This document shows positions 1 through 13,935 of a stretch of 64,000 nt of DNA, piece after piece. Below the pieces are notes generated by a model, which was not told the DNA's origin, made no database searches, and saw only the letters and a list, made by a program, of their open reading frames with translations. Numbering within the stretch: the first letter of the stretch is position 1; every line of letters begins with the position of its first letter. A program made the translations under genes and the position numbers. Source of the stretch: Octopus bimaculoides (Eukaryota); NCBI RefSeq assembly GCF_001194135.2, contig NC_068994.1, positions 21,170,475 through 21,234,474 on the forward strand, given 5' to 3'.

Positions 1-221
1 TGGGATCAATGTAACTGATTTACCCCATCCTTCTGAAATTGCTGACCTTGTGCCAAAATTTGAAACCAATATTCATTGGTGAAGGGTGTAAATACTTCTG
101 AATCACCATTGCTTTAAAATTAAGTGCTTTAATAGACTCTTTCTTGTCATTTTCACCGCTAAAGATATAGTGAAGCAGTGATTGGCTCAGTTGAAACTTG
201 TAACCAGTGACACTGTTGTTC

Positions 222-362
222 ACACATTGTGATATAAAAATGGCTTAGAAATAAATACCAGCCTGCTTTTTACCATCTAATTGTTATATTAAACAACAAA
301 TGTGTCCTAGTCTGAGAAGAGGAATGAAAAGGCTAGGAGCACACTCCTTCTGCTTTAGACTT
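222..362 (+). repeat. Young ~141-bp dispersed repeat, copy 1
   Basis: Only 3 mismatches to 3091-3231. Confidence 0.85.
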
Positions 363-512
363 GATAAATATTACAATAAAAATATATAGAAAAAGAAAAA
401 CCATTATACATATATATATTTCAGATATATATAATGTGATATACACATATGTTGATAAATACATATATATGCATACAAATATGCTTACATACATATATTG
501 TTTCTTTTTCAG

Positions 513-759
513 TGCTTTGGACTCTGAAAGTGAACATATTGTCCAAGAAGCTCTGGATAGAGTAATGGCAGGCCGTACAGTTATAATTATTGCTCACCGT
601 CTCTCCACTATTCGCAATGTGGATCGTATCATAGTACTAAATGATGGAGTGGTAGCTGAAGAAGGGAACTATGAAGAATTGCTGAAAATACCCAATGGAA
701 TTTTCCAGAAACTAGTTGAACAACAAACTACACCTGCTGCATCATCTGCCAATGAATAA
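513..759 (+). CDS. ABCB10: Terminal coding exon of a mitochondrial ABC-B half transporter (ABCB10-like); upstream exons lie outside the window
   Basis: Acceptor tttctttttcAG at 511-512, phase 2, then (S)ALDSESEHIVQEALDRVMAGRTVIIIAHRLSTIRN...PNGIFQKLVEQQ and TAA at 757-759. D-loop (SALD) and H-loop (AHRLST) of ABCB NBDs; the PNGI-x-KL tail resembles ABCB10 more than ABCB8. Confidence 0.85.
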
Positions 760-3090
760 ACCAAAAAATGGATAAAAAGAAATTAGAAATAGAATGTGAT
801 AATGTATATGCCTTTCTCAAAGCTTTTAGTTATATGATTGAAGTGAAAATGATCAATTCAAAACAGCAATTGAAATTATGAATGAAGAACTAACGGCTGC
901 ACTTGGATATATTTGATTCATTTCTTTGGAGCTGCTGTTGTTGAAGCTGAAAAATTTAAAGTTTAAAAAAAGTTGGCTGTAATGAATTTGACAAAACATT
1001 ATTAATCTTACTGAGATCAACTTTGCCTTTCAGGGTCGATAAAATAAAGTGCCAGTCAAAGTCTAAGGTCAGTTTAATTGACTAACTGCCCCATCCCTCA
1101 AAACTGAGGTCTGGTGCCAATGCTAGAAACAATTATTATAGGGCAGAGGATTGGTAAAATCATTAAAATGTTGGAAAAAAATGCATTGTTATATTCATTC
1201 CAGCATTTTGTGTTCTGAGTTCAAATCCCACAGTGGTCAACTTTGCCTTTCATCCTTTTTAAGTTGATAAAGTATTAGTCAAGCACTAGTATTAACCCCT
1301 AAAAAGATGAAAACAAAGTTGACCTCAATGAGATTTGAACCTAGAACATAAAGAATCAGAACAAATATCACAAGACATTTTATTCAGTGCTTTGACAATT
1401 CTGCCAATCTGTCCAATGATTTCTTGCCGGAACATTTTCTATCAATCCCAGAGGGACAGAAAGTAAACTGGGAACCTGCAGGGATTTGAACTTGGACCAC
1501 AAAGAGTATAATTAAATACTGCAATTTGCCATTGTAGTACTCTATATGATAATGAGGAATTATTGATTCAAATATGATCTCCGGACTATTGCTAGATGTT
1601 CTCAAAGAAAATGTGTGGCATTCAACTAGATAACATACCATGTCACTAGTCTCATCACCTCTTCTATCATTGTAACAATATAAATAGTCAAGTCCTTCGC
1701 AGACTGAGTTTACAACTTCTTTCTTTCACTTACAATATAACTTCATTTATGTCACAAATCCCTTTTCTCCTTCCTTTGAAAATTTAAAGATTTGTGCTTA
1801 TACAGCAATAGCATCAAGAATCTCTAGAGCATTATTTCATAATAATTTCCATTTTGAGAAATTATCATGACCAAAAAAATTTGATATTCTAAAATTTTCT
1901 TTTATTCATAGAAATTTCTCTTAATATTGTCTTATTTGTTGAGGGATATTAATACCAATGGATGTCATGCTACCACAGAGAGAAATGGTGGTGGGGTTTT
2001 TTTGTATACATATATATAAAAATATTATATAACTTACTAAAAAATGTCCTTTACTTGAATAAAACATATATTTTCTGATTCAAAAATAAAAATATTTGCA
2101 GATGTTTTCTTTCTAAATATAATTTATTTTTAAAAAGATGTAAGTTGTTTATTCTTGATTTATACACTGTACAACTAAGCAATTTTTTTCCATGCATAAT
2201 GATTGAACACTACGACATAACATTGTGATTAATGCACTTGCTTTACAACTACATGCTTCTGGGTTCAATCTTTTTGCATGAGACCATGGGCAAGTGTCTT
2301 CAACCATAGTCTTGAGTCAACCTTGTGAGTAAAACTTGGATAAAACTGCAAAAGCCTGTCATACATACACACACACACATGTACGTGTGTTAGCATAGAA
2401 TTAACAAATTTTATGCATCAAAGAAAAGCAGCTTGCAGTATTAAATTCTGAGTTGTCTTTTTTTATGCCAAGGATGACATGCGTTTCACTTCTAGACATC
2501 AATAAAATATGTACCAAAGTTGATATCATAGTCTAAAAAGTGAATGCTCCAGCATATGGTCAAGAATAGAAATTACTAAAAAAATGATCACATCTTTCTC
2601 ATCCATTTAAATTGAAATTAAATTTTAATCACATGTTCTCATATTTAACAGTAAATTATTAAACTGGTATTGCATTGTATATCTGACCACTTCTGTGGCA
2701 TTGAGTAATGACTGTAGAAGCCTTTTTGTAAAGTTTGTCCAAAACTATGAATCATCTTATATTCTGAATATTTTCTTTTACTCAGATGTTTTCACTCACA
2801 TGGAATTGAACTTTCTCTCTCATTCAATGTTTCCACGAGCCTTGGGTGCATGTAAAACCAAAAGCTCAATTCCAGATTGTGTTGTTAAGTAGATGTCTAT
2901 TTTCCCTTGGATACCTAACATATGACAAGGAACTAACTCAGAATATCTGATTGTTTCTAACAACTGACTGAATTGAGATATGTACAAATTAATTGTTCTT
3001 CCCAGTGAAATATCTACAGTATTCTTTTCTACTCTAGGCACAAGGTGCAAAATTTAAGGGTGGGGTGCAGTCGATTAGATCAACCCCAGT

Positions 3091-3231
3091 ACACATTGTG
3101 ATATAAAAATGGCTTAGAAATAAATACCAGCCTGCTTTTTACCGTCTAATTGTTATATTAAACAACAAATGTGTCCTAGTCTGAGAAGAGGAATGAAAAG
3201 GCAAGGAGCACACTCCTTCTGCCTTAGACTT
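3091..3231 (+). repeat. Young ~141-bp dispersed repeat, copy 2 (inside a family B SINE)
   Basis: Only 3 mismatches to 222-362. Confidence 0.85.
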
Positions 3232-6200
3232 AATTTATCAACCCCCGAAAGAATGAAAGGTAAAGTTGACCTCAGCAGAATTTGAACTCAGAACATAAAG
3301 ACAGACGAAATACCGCTAAGCATTTCACCCTGCGTGCTAACATTTCTGCCAGCTCACCACCTTGAAATATCTACAGTATTGAGTTGGCTTTTCTAGGCCT
3401 ATTGCCAGACTTTGGTGCCTGGGGGTACTTCAGAATATTCTGGGTGGGCAATAATTTGTATTGTGGGAAGATTTTCATAAATTGTAGTTTGTAAAGCTCA
3501 GGGTGCACCATTGGATAAGTGAGAGGGCAGTGCCATCCAGTGCACCCCTTTAGTGACAGGCATGTTAGTCAGACTTCAAGAAATATATTGAATAAGGAGA
3601 GTGCAATTGAGTGCCCCTCCTCCCCACTTAGTGACAAGTATGGGCTTTTCTCTCTAACTCATTCTTAAATCCAGATGTTTGGGTTCATTCATCTTTATAT
3701 GTGTGTGTGTGTATGGTAGATGGGTACCTAGCTAGGATCCATAGTTCTCTTATGACCAAATGGGTTATGGGAATCTGCATAATGCAGTTGAACCTTATCT
3801 TCTTCAACAAAGAAATGTTCCACCAAACACTTGTACACATAGTGGCAACACACAGTGGAACCAACACAGACCTGGGAGCCAATACTTCTTTCAAAGGTAT
3901 AGATTTATTTTTATTGATATTGATAAAATAAACACCAGATATGTATTTCGGGTTGATTTCATTGATTATCCCTCTCCTCTACCAATTTATGTCTGTCATT
4001 AATGTGATGTTGTTTAGTCCCAAATCGAACCATAGTCAAAGGCTTTCCAGTAATGAGCATCTCTCAGGTATAGTATATTCCAGACAACACTATCCAATGT
4101 GTCATTTTTCTTAAGACAGTTGAGTAGAATTTGAATGAGGTTTGGCTCCTATTTATAGTTGTTCAAGTGGCTACATATAGGCTTCTTTGTTGGTTCAGCA
4201 TGATATAAAGGTGAATATAGTGTATGTTATAAAACTAAAGGCTAAATTCTGTCAAGTTTGTGAGTTGATTTTGATTCCTTATTGAAACCAGCTTATTTCA
4301 CTACACTCTTAATGTCATGTACATTTAAAACATTATATATTCCCAAATCAATATTATGAAAGGAAATGCTCAGGAAAGCAATAAGTTCTTAGGGAATTGT
4401 GTCAACTATCTGATTCACTTAAAATATCTTAAGAAAATGAATAATGATGTTTCTTGGGGCATCCACTGTACAGCAAGACACCTATCCCTGATAATCATTC
4501 CTTACAGGTTTATGTACATATATACCTTTAATCTCTCAACTGGCACAAGGCAACACTTTACTCAGTACTACTCCCCACTCCCAGTTGAGGGGGGTTTTGA
4601 CTTGCAAGGTACTCTGTGACCCTGCCAGTGCTGGTGCCATGTAAAAAACACTTAGAACACACTGTAAAGTGGTTGATATTAGGAAGGGCATCCAGTTGTA
4701 GAACCATGCCAAAACAGACAATGGGACCTGGAGCAGCTCCTGTCAAACTGTCCAACCCATGCCAGCATGGAAAAGGGACGTTAAATGATGATTTTAACTC
4801 ATTGTAAGATGTTCATATTGTCACCAATGCTGACTTGAGAGCTTAGGAAAAAAAAGACAGTGAAGAAAATTCTGTACACATTATAAAGTTTGATTAATAA
4901 TTTGTTGATTTACAGAGCAAAATTTCAATCCACTTGTAGGAAAAGTTACCTGTAACACACCAGCATCCTCTTATTCAGAGAAGAGATTCAACTTTCATCT
5001 ACTTATTGCTATAAAAACCAGAGATAAACACTGGTCTTACAGTTTTTTTGAATTTTGAATACTGTTAGATAACTGAAATATTGTATCTAACTAAAAGACA
5101 ATTAGTCACAACAGAAAAGCCACATACAATAATCATATATTTATTACAGTTATAGAAAAATAAGGTTTATATCTTACCATGATTTGTACATAAGTGCCAT
5201 GTACATACACACATTCACTCATACAAATAACACCAGAGTCATAATAAATACAACATGATTATGTCAGAAGACAGCACATGAGAATGAAACATATTCACCT
5301 TCATAATCGCAAATAAGTGACCATTAAACTACTAATCATTCCTTACAGGTTTATGTACATATTTTTGTTTCATCAAATGAAGAAGGAAGACTGCCCATGG
5401 CTCTGGACCTTCCAGATGAGATCAATGTAGTTTATCTTCAGTTCCAACCTCCACAAGTTAGAGTCTGGCAGGAAAACCACTTGAGTGAAGAAGGAATTCC
5501 AAAGAGTTGCAACTCTGGGGAGGATTAATTAGGTTTCGTGTAGTCGCACATGAATTTTAAAGCTCAGTAGATAAGAACCAATACCATTTCTCATCACCAA
5601 CGAATTTTCTCCCAATATGGAGCAAAGTGTGATTCCAATGGAACAGCATTGTACTTTACTTAGTAATGTAGTTTATTGGAAAGTAGCAGATGTCAATTTC
5701 AGTTTTGTTTATCTTATAAAATTTATTTTTCCCTGTTTATTGTTGTTTAGTTCAAGGTTTTTCCTGAAAGAGCAGACCTATGATCATCTCATTTTTCATC
5801 CCATTATCCATCCTTTTTGAAGATGATAGTGTGTAATTTGAAGAAGATTTAACTGCTATATCTAACATGTAAAACAATCACACGGAAATGTGTGTATATG
5901 TGTATGACCACCCTATCTCATGCTACTTTTGTCTGTTGTTGATTGACAACTTCACTTTATTAATGAAGATAACTTCCTTGATTCTTAAATTGCCAATGTT
6001 ATGCTATGTTGCCAGTATGGTATAAAACATTTGTTTACACATGTTCCTTGATGCCACTCGATAGTTTTCAAATGCAGAAGACAAAACATTTACTGCATTT
6101 ACTATCTAATATTGTATACAGGCCCTTGAGAACATGTCAATGTTATTGATAAGGCAGTTGGCTAATGTGTACACTTTGTTGCTGTCTGTTCCTTGATTTC

Positions 6201-7727
6201 CTCAAGGAGGGACCAGAGTGCACCATCTGTATGTATGCAGTTGCTCTCCACAGATATCACAATAGATGATACCATTCTTCACTCCCTATTGAAAAGGTGT
6301 CATCCTTATGCAACTTAGACACATTGTGCCAGATCAGAAATGATTATATTCGGTTGTCATGTATGATTATAGGCATATAACTTAGTCACCAAAATGCAAT
6401 CCGTATGCATATTAAGGAAATAGTCTTGCAACCTTAATCCTTACTACATCTGAATAGCTATGGCTCTTTACAAAACAGGTGTGTGACTTACATCTGAAAA
6501 CTGATCACATATCTGGGATGGAGCTACTACACAACAAAAACATGCTACAACAACTAGTCTACACTCATACGGCTTCCTTTCTCTGCTGCAACTTTCTTTG
6601 TAATCCCAACTTTGTTTCACCTTCCAAACCCCATACATTCTCTACCTTTCACACCTAGAATTGTAGCCAATTAGGACTCCTTACACATGTTTTCCCTGTC
6701 ATCAGACAACTCAAGTTCAATCTGAAGCACATTAACCTCATTATGTTAGGAAGATCTGCTAATGTCAAGGCTTACCACTTCATCTAAATGTAAAAAAAAA
6801 TAAAAGGAAAAAAGCTCTTTTCTATAGAAATATTTGAGAAAAAATTTGTTTTTAGTTAACCTGAAACTGACTATGTAAGTCATGTTCAAATTTTAAATAA
6901 AGTGAACTATGTGATTATAATGAAAATGTGAGAATGAAAATGTGAGAGTAGAAGAACTGGGTTCTCATATTTTTATCACCCTACTGTAAAAATATTTCTT
7001 TTAATATCTGCGTATTTTGCTGTCAGAATATATTTTTCAGAATAAAAGACACTGACTAAATTCTTAGATGATACTGATTACGGTTGCGGTCTAGCAATGT
7101 TAGTAGTTGCTTCCTGTTGTTGCTGTGTCTTTTTATTCCTTTTTTTAAATGCTTTTACAAGTCATTTCACGTTATTTTTGTTGTTGCTGATTATTGCTGC
7201 TGCAGCTGTTATTGATGTTATTGTTGCTTCTTGTTGTGTAGTTATATCTTGACTGTTAATATTGCTACTTTTCTTTTTCCCCCAGGGTATTTAAAAATAA
7301 ATAATGACAATTTACCAACCACCTCTGAAGCATTACTGGAACCAGGTATAAGGCACATGTGTGCAGACAAAATTGTGAAAAAAAAAACTGTTTAAAAAAG
7401 AAAATATTTCATAAATATTACCAAATAATACTTTTAGGCTATTTGGTTTGGCCTGCCAACATATTTTTAGCCTAACCAATAATAGATGGGTACAGTTACT
7501 TGTACTTAATATTTGTAGGGCCCTGTGCCTAGAGTAGAAAAGAATATTTGTAGCATTGACTGACACATGTTGCCACTAACCCAAGTATAACTTTGGGAAC
7601 ATTTCAATGTTGAAATGAAATGAGAGTGTTTATATGACATCAAAGCTTCTTAAGATTTCTTAGCAAGAACATCCACCATATGGCTTGTAGCAAAGCTGCA
7701 TGCTGAGTGGCAAGGATACAAATACAG

Positions 7728-7865
7728 TTAATCAAAATCTGGAATGTCCTCAAAAGAATAGCCCTCATACCCTTTGTAGGCATAGTATGCTATCATGACA
7801 TGGTAGGAACCAGGGATGAACATAAGGGCACCAAGGATAAGTAGTGGCCAGGTACGGTCAGAGTA
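7728..7865 (-). CDS. TMEM230: TMEM230 coding exon 3 (45 aa plus stop)
   Basis: TTTTGCAG acceptor, [45 protein letters not shown], matching the TMEM230 C-terminus. Spliced CDS is 114 aa. Confidence 0.95.
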   Translation of the reverse strand, partial: YSDRTWPLLILGALMFIPGSYHVMIAYYAYKGYEGYSFEDIPDFD

Positions 7866-8949
7866 CTGCAAAAGAAAAAGACAATTAAGTAAGAAAAAGT
7901 ACAATTTGACATGGAGCATAGTAATACAAAGAACTAACAATGACATTCACAGGACAGACAGTGAAACACAGAGCAGAATAAACAAAAAATATCTGCAAAT
8001 AGAACTCAACAAACAAAAAAAGTATAAACAGAAAAATCAATAGATAAGTAGAAAACAGAAAAAGAATTAGTGCACAGCAGAAAAATTGGTATAGAGTTTG
8101 TAAAACATCAATAAACACATCAATAAACAAAAAAAGATATGATAAAAAAGAAACAATCAATGAACTAATCTGACAAATAAACAGATATTCATCTTTAAAA
8201 GGTTAAGATATACTAAAATCACTATAGATACTATAGTTGATTTCTAAATCTCTTTAACAGTGGAAACAAGAGAGTTGAAAATATGAAAATTAACTTTGCA
8301 TTTCAATGAATGCTTAATTTCAAAATATGTTTGTTTTTATTTGTTGTAATGAGGAAGTGTGTGTGTGTCAATACAAACTAGTACATACACGCTAGTGGAG
8401 TGGCAAGAACAGTAAGCTGGCTAATAAATGAAATACACTGGATTCAAATCCTGCTAGAATTGAGTTGGCCTGTCATCCCTTATGTGTGTGTTAGGTGGCG
8501 TGTTTGAAGAAATGCAATAAGGTACTAGCCATGTAGTACATTCAATTGAATATACTATGTTGTAAGAAATTTGTGACTATCTACCATTGAAATCAACCTT
8601 TCAATATACCTAAATTTCTAATGCTTATTGTCCCTATTTAGACAGTATGTCTCATACACCTATAAATACCATAAACTTTTTCATTTGCCTAGACAACATT
8701 ATTTCCAACATTGTAAGCTACACCAGAGAAAAACATGCACTCATACAAATCTATACTGTATCCCATGCTGAAATACCACCAACTATCCCTGAAGGGATCT
8801 TGTCTTTCAAAAGCTGTTGCTAACATACAGAACTACCCTCACACCACACAATGGTATCCTGAGAAACTAAATGGCCCTAGCAACCATTGGATTCATGGGA
8901 AAATTTATTCAGCACCTGCACTCCGTCTCCCAGTTCCACTAGAGATGCT

Positions 8950-9270
8950 AAGACCAAGGAAATGACTTTCAAAAAATAATAGAGAGAATTCTTGACAGAG
9001 ATTCTTATGCACCTGGAGTTTATAACTGTCAACCCAGCCTCCTTGATAAGCTACATATATTGTAACTGTCTGCAGTATCAACCAAAAACCTATCATTTTG
9101 TTGCCATCAAAAAAATGAAAAATGTCCCATTAATTAACTTCAAAACATTGGTCATGAATACACTGGAAAAAAATTACCTTAGCTCTATCAGGCCCATTTG
9201 AAAATGCAGGTTAGACAATTCCACACTGACTATAGTGAGATTATTTCTCTCTTGCTAACCACCAGAGATG
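8950..9270 (+). mobile_element. Possible CR1/Rex1-type RT remnant
   Basis: KTYHFVAIKKMKNVPLINFKTLVMNTLEK resembles (W)K-x-IVP-x-PK...RPI-x-LTS-x-MK-x-LE of RT domain 1. Confidence 0.3.
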
Positions 9271-9697
9271 CCTGCCATTGCTAACACCCAACAACAAATA
9301 CAGCCATACACAACTTACCAAACTAAAAAGATAAGACTGTTATTGCTAGAATGTCTTTGGGCATAAGTTTTGCTTGAGTCCAGCTGATCTAGGATTAAAC
9401 AACAACAAATTTCACATGCTAAGATCTTAGAAGAGGCATAAAATAACAGTGGGGCTTCTTTTTTTATTCATCTTCATTCATGCACTCTTCGCAAATCATA
9501 TAATTGCTGGGCCATGGAGTACATTACTATAGGAGATAGACTACCAGATGACAATATTTTCCATTTCTGAATTTAAATGTTCATATTTTCAGCTCTTATT
9601 TTAGCAAATTTTTAAGGTTTCAAACTTAACAGGATGCATAGTATTCTTTTCCAAGTGTTTATAGATATACATATACATTTTACTTCTTACTTTAGAC

Positions 9698-9961
9698 TAA
9701 TGGTTTCCAAAGTGGGCAGAACTGCCCCCTTGGGGGTGGGGGGTGGAAAGATCCAGCGGGGTGTTGAAGAAAAGTGGGATGGTAATGGGGTGGCCAAAAT
9801 GGGGTGATAGATGTAAAAAAAAATATTAATAGATTAATTAGGTTTAAGTTTTATTTGTGAAATACAGTTGTTTTGAATTTGCTGCAGAAAGTGGTCTATA
9901 TTTGTGGTGGGTGGTCTGGGTGCCAAGTGGGTGGCAGCCAGAAAAAGTATGGGAACTATTG
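9698..9961. mobile_element. hAT (Charlie-like) MITE
   Basis: TIRs TAATGGTTTCCAAAGT / AGTATGGGAACTATTG; 8-bp TSD CTTTAGAC / CTTTAAAC (7/8). Confidence 0.65.
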
Positions 9962-11164
9962 CTTTAAACAAATGGATATATTGGGGAAGAAATTAAATTG
10001 CCTTTGGTCCTATGGATTTCAGGATTTCATTACATTATAAGGGTTTGCTGATGCCTATTCAAGATTGACAGGAGTATTCAAAACTATAAACTAATGAAGC
10101 ATTCATTAATTATCCAGTCCTCTTCACAACAACTGGCTGTGACTATTCTTTGTACCTATTTCCTTTGAAGTTATGAGGATGTGATACAGACTGTTGACTC
10201 ATCACTGTTCAGTCTCATAACATATCAACTTGGTAACTTATTAATTTTGTGCCAGTGCCACATAGAGAGCACTTGTGCCAGCATCATGTAAAAAAGCACT
10301 CAAACCAGTGCTATGTAAAAGGCACTTGTATAGGCACCACGTAAAAGCACCCATGCCAAAACAGACAAATTGGAGCCTGGGCAGCTCTCTTGCTGACTAG
10401 CTCCTGTCAAACCACCCAACCCATGCCAGCATGGAAAACAGACATTAAATGATGATGATGCACTCATACATATATGCAAAAACCTACAAATCTCACCCAC
10501 CTCCTGACTTGTTATTAATTGACACTTCAGAAACAGAATCAATTTTCTCATCTCCAATCACTGCTATTATCAACATCATCACCATTATTACTGTCAAATC
10601 CCTATTAATATCTTTTAAATAACTTAATGATAAGTATCATCACTACCAACAACTATATTAACATCTAATTTCTCTCTCTCTATACTGGCATCAAACCAAT
10701 GTTGGGTATCATTTTCAGACTAATAGCTAAAGTAAACAGAAGCCAGTGAGACAAAGTATACAAAAATTGTAAGTTTATTTAAAGACAGAGAAATTTTTTT
10801 TCTAATAAATGGAGAAAGGAAGTCAAGATAATTAGTTTGATAAAAGTGGTTATTCAGGTTTTACTGCTTTAGAAACTAGTAAAAAAGAAAACAGAGTAAC
10901 CTAATCATAATGTTTATGGAGAGACAGAACCTACAGTGACCTCACAATGAACTTCCAATATGAGACAAGCAACGAAATAAAGTATTTTCTCTTTATATTC
11001 TATCTATTCAATGTTTATATGTTTACATTTACATATAATATAGTTCCGTTTTGTATTTGTTCATCTAAAGTGCGTGTGTGGTAGATGGGTACCTAGCTAA
11101 GATACATAGTTCTCCTATGACCAAATGGGTTATGGGAATCTGCATAATGCAGTTGATATGGTTT

Positions 11165-11412
11165 TTTTATTCTGTAGTGTGTGGCAAAATATCATGCCAG
11201 AGCTTCCTGCCATTCTTCAGGGCACAGTTGAGGGAAGACAAAAGAAAGAAAAACAAAGGAAATCCTGGTTTGACAACATCAAGGACTGGACAGGACACAA
11301 CACAGAGAACCTGCTACACATGTCAGAGAACAGAGATCAGTGGCAATGGCTGACTAGGAAAGTGTCAACAACTGGCTGCATCAGTTACGAGATTTTGATG
11401 ATGATGATGTAA
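11165..11412 (+). mobile_element. RTE-type LINE extreme 3' end
   Basis: ILQGTVEGRQKKEKQRKSWFDNIKDWTG..DRDQW followed by a (GAT)n tail. Confidence 0.7.
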
Positions 11413-12224
11413 CAAAATAAAGAGAATTAAAATTTTAGATGGAATAAAAGCACAAAAACAATTAGTAGTAGAAGTAATCATGAAATGATGTTAACTGCCC
11501 AGGAAGTTCACTAATCATACTTGATAGTTCCTATTAGTCAGGTAATCTAATTACTGCTGGATTTATAACAAAAGCATAGCTGTCAAAATAAAGAAAATGT
11601 CAAAGTGGTTTAGGGATCAATTTCTTCTGTTGACAACAAAGTTTTCTCTGATCTAAATGAAAGGTAGATTGTATAAAGTGAAAACTGAATGAAAATACGT
11701 TGTGCTATTGCTGAAGGATAAATGTTTAAGAGGAAGACCTGGAAACCAGTAGTACAATCAGATCTCAAGACGTTAGACCTCACACAAAAGATGATTCAAT
11801 CTATGCCTGCATAAAAAACAGGTTGTTAAAACAATAATGACAGAAATATATTCCTTGAGTATTTCTAACTTTATATGAAATTTATTTTACAGACCAACTT
11901 CAAAGAAAATTAAATAGCCTTGTTTTTTTTATTTGGCTGTATTATACTCTCTGTGTTGGTTACATTAATTTTTATTCTCGGAGCAGGTGTTTTAATATCA
12001 AACTGTCTGTCCTAAATGCTGACCACTTTATTCTGAATGGTTGCAAAGGTTAAAAGTGATGTGTTATCCTTCTTACTATATAAACGTATTAGACAGAGCT
12101 GATAAAAGCAAAGTATTTCTGCATAATTGCTTGAACTGCTAGCAACAGCAGCCAAATCTCTATAAAATCACATCCTATCATCTTAAAAAAGGAAGGACAT
12201 ATCAGATAATGTAACTCCAGCTAC

Positions 12225-12530
12225 ATTGTCGGAGTAAAAGCTTGGATGATGAGGTTAAATAATAACAACAAAATGGGTGAGGCTAGGCAGGACAATATCA
12301 AATTAAAACTTATTTTTACTGACATGAAAGAAGAGACTGGGACCATGGCCTTCAGAGGTCCTCTGAGACTAGTATGACTAACATGGTTAATGTTCCTTTT
12401 GAATAATTTCAAGCTGATTGTGGCAAGAAATGTAAGGGTGGGAAGGGAAGTCCAGAGGGCTTAATGCTCTAGAGAAGGAGGACTTGATGATGTGGTTAGT
12501 ACAGTGTGACAAAGAAGTAGAGAACATTAA
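12225..12530 (-). mobile_element. CR1/L2-type LINE 3' remnant
   Basis: Reverse strand reads approximately SFSRAL..W..LP..IFPAT..LKLFKRNINH, resembling the CR1-group C-terminus. Similar remnant at 15040-15290. Confidence 0.4.
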
Positions 12531-12744
12531 ACTGCATAGTTAGGAAATAAAGTAGTATTTGTTTTCATGGTTTACATTAGATATTTTGTTTACTAAATCA
12601 GTGTTGGTATTGATTAATCCTACAGAAATCTTGATCAAGCACACCTGTGATCAAAGACACTAGTTATGGCAATCTAGGATTGTTTTTTTTTTCCCAAAGT
12701 GTATCAAATTAATCAGTGTGTTCTTCCTTTTTTTTTTAACAGTA

Positions 12745-13134
12745 GGACGCAGGAGTGGTTGTGTGGTAAGTAGCTTGCTTACCAACCACATGGTTCCGGG
12801 TTCAGTCCCACTGCGTGGCACCTTGGGCAAGTGTCTTCTACTATAGCCTCGGGCCGACCAAAGCCTTGTGAGTGGATTTGGTAGACGGAAACTGAAAGAA
12901 GCCCGTCGTATATATGTATATGTATATATATGTCTGTGTTTGTTCTCCCAACGTCGCTTGACAACCGATGCTGGTGTGTTTACGTCCCCGTAACTTAGCG
13001 GTTCGACAAAAGAGACCGAAAGAATAAGTACTAGGTTTACAAAGAATAAGTCCTGGGGTTGATTTGCTCGACTAAAGGCGGTGCTCCAGCATGGCCGCAG
13101 TCAAATGACTGAAACAAGTAAAAGAGTAAAAGAG
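12745..13134 (+). mobile_element. Full-length tRNA-derived SINE (family A)
   Basis: Head with A box-like TGGTTGTGTGG and B box-like GGTTCAGTCCC, central (TA)n, and (GAGTAAAA)n tail. Inserted inside another dispersed repeat. Confidence 0.85.
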
Positions 13135-13654
13135 TAGATTGTTGTTTGAGAGACTTGGCTGCTATTTCTAGCAAGTATCAAGCAGCCATGTAGAGGCTCT
13201 TTTATATGTTCATTAGGAAGGGCATCCAGCTGTAGAAACTCTGCCAAATTTAGATTGGAACCTGGTGTTGCCATCCGGTTTCACCAGTCCTCAGTCAAGT
13301 CGTCCAACCCATGCTAGCATGGAAAGCGGACGTTAAACGATGATGATGATGATGATGATGATTAGATTAAGTGAGGGAAGTGGCATTATTAGAGACCAGC
13401 TTATAAGCAAGCTCCTGTGGAGGGCTCTTCATTGGGCCTTGGGCCCAACAATGACACTTCATGCATTGAGTAGAAGTTAAATTTTATTAAACTTGACCAA
13501 TATTTTTCAAGCAATGAACAATTTTTGTCAAAACAATGATACAATATGTGAACTTGTAACTTATTGCAAAGCTTCATGATAAACAACATTTTTCATATTC
13601 CTATTGGAGGGTCAGTACAATTATTTTTCTGTCTCACCTTCCTTTCTGTTGATT

Positions 13655-13935
13655 GTTTTCAACCATCACCATCACCAGTACCACCACCATCGCCACCACA
13701 ACTGCCATAAACACACCATTCAGACAGCTCAGGCCACCACCATCAATACCTTTGACTTTGTTGTCTTCCTCTCCAACACCATCACCAGTCTTTCACATCC
13801 CTTGCTATCATGCTTGACCGCCTTAGCTACTACCACCACCACCGTCGCCTCTGCCTCTATCACAATTACTGCTTATACTATTACTATCACCCCATTACCA
13901 TCTCAACTGTCAATCTACTACCAATCTATGCCTAC
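13655..13935. repeat. Degenerate (CAC/CAT/TAC)n low-complexity tract
   Basis: Runs of ACCACC, CATCAC and TACCAC. Confidence 0.7.

Noticed and set aside
361-512. N-terminal part of the 132-aa ORF at 361
   Set aside because: AT-rich intron sequence upstream of the AG acceptor at 511-512, not coding.
12745-12830. Functional tRNA gene
   Set aside because: A/B-box-like head continues into a SINE body found in many copies; no complete cloverleaf or anticodon recognised.
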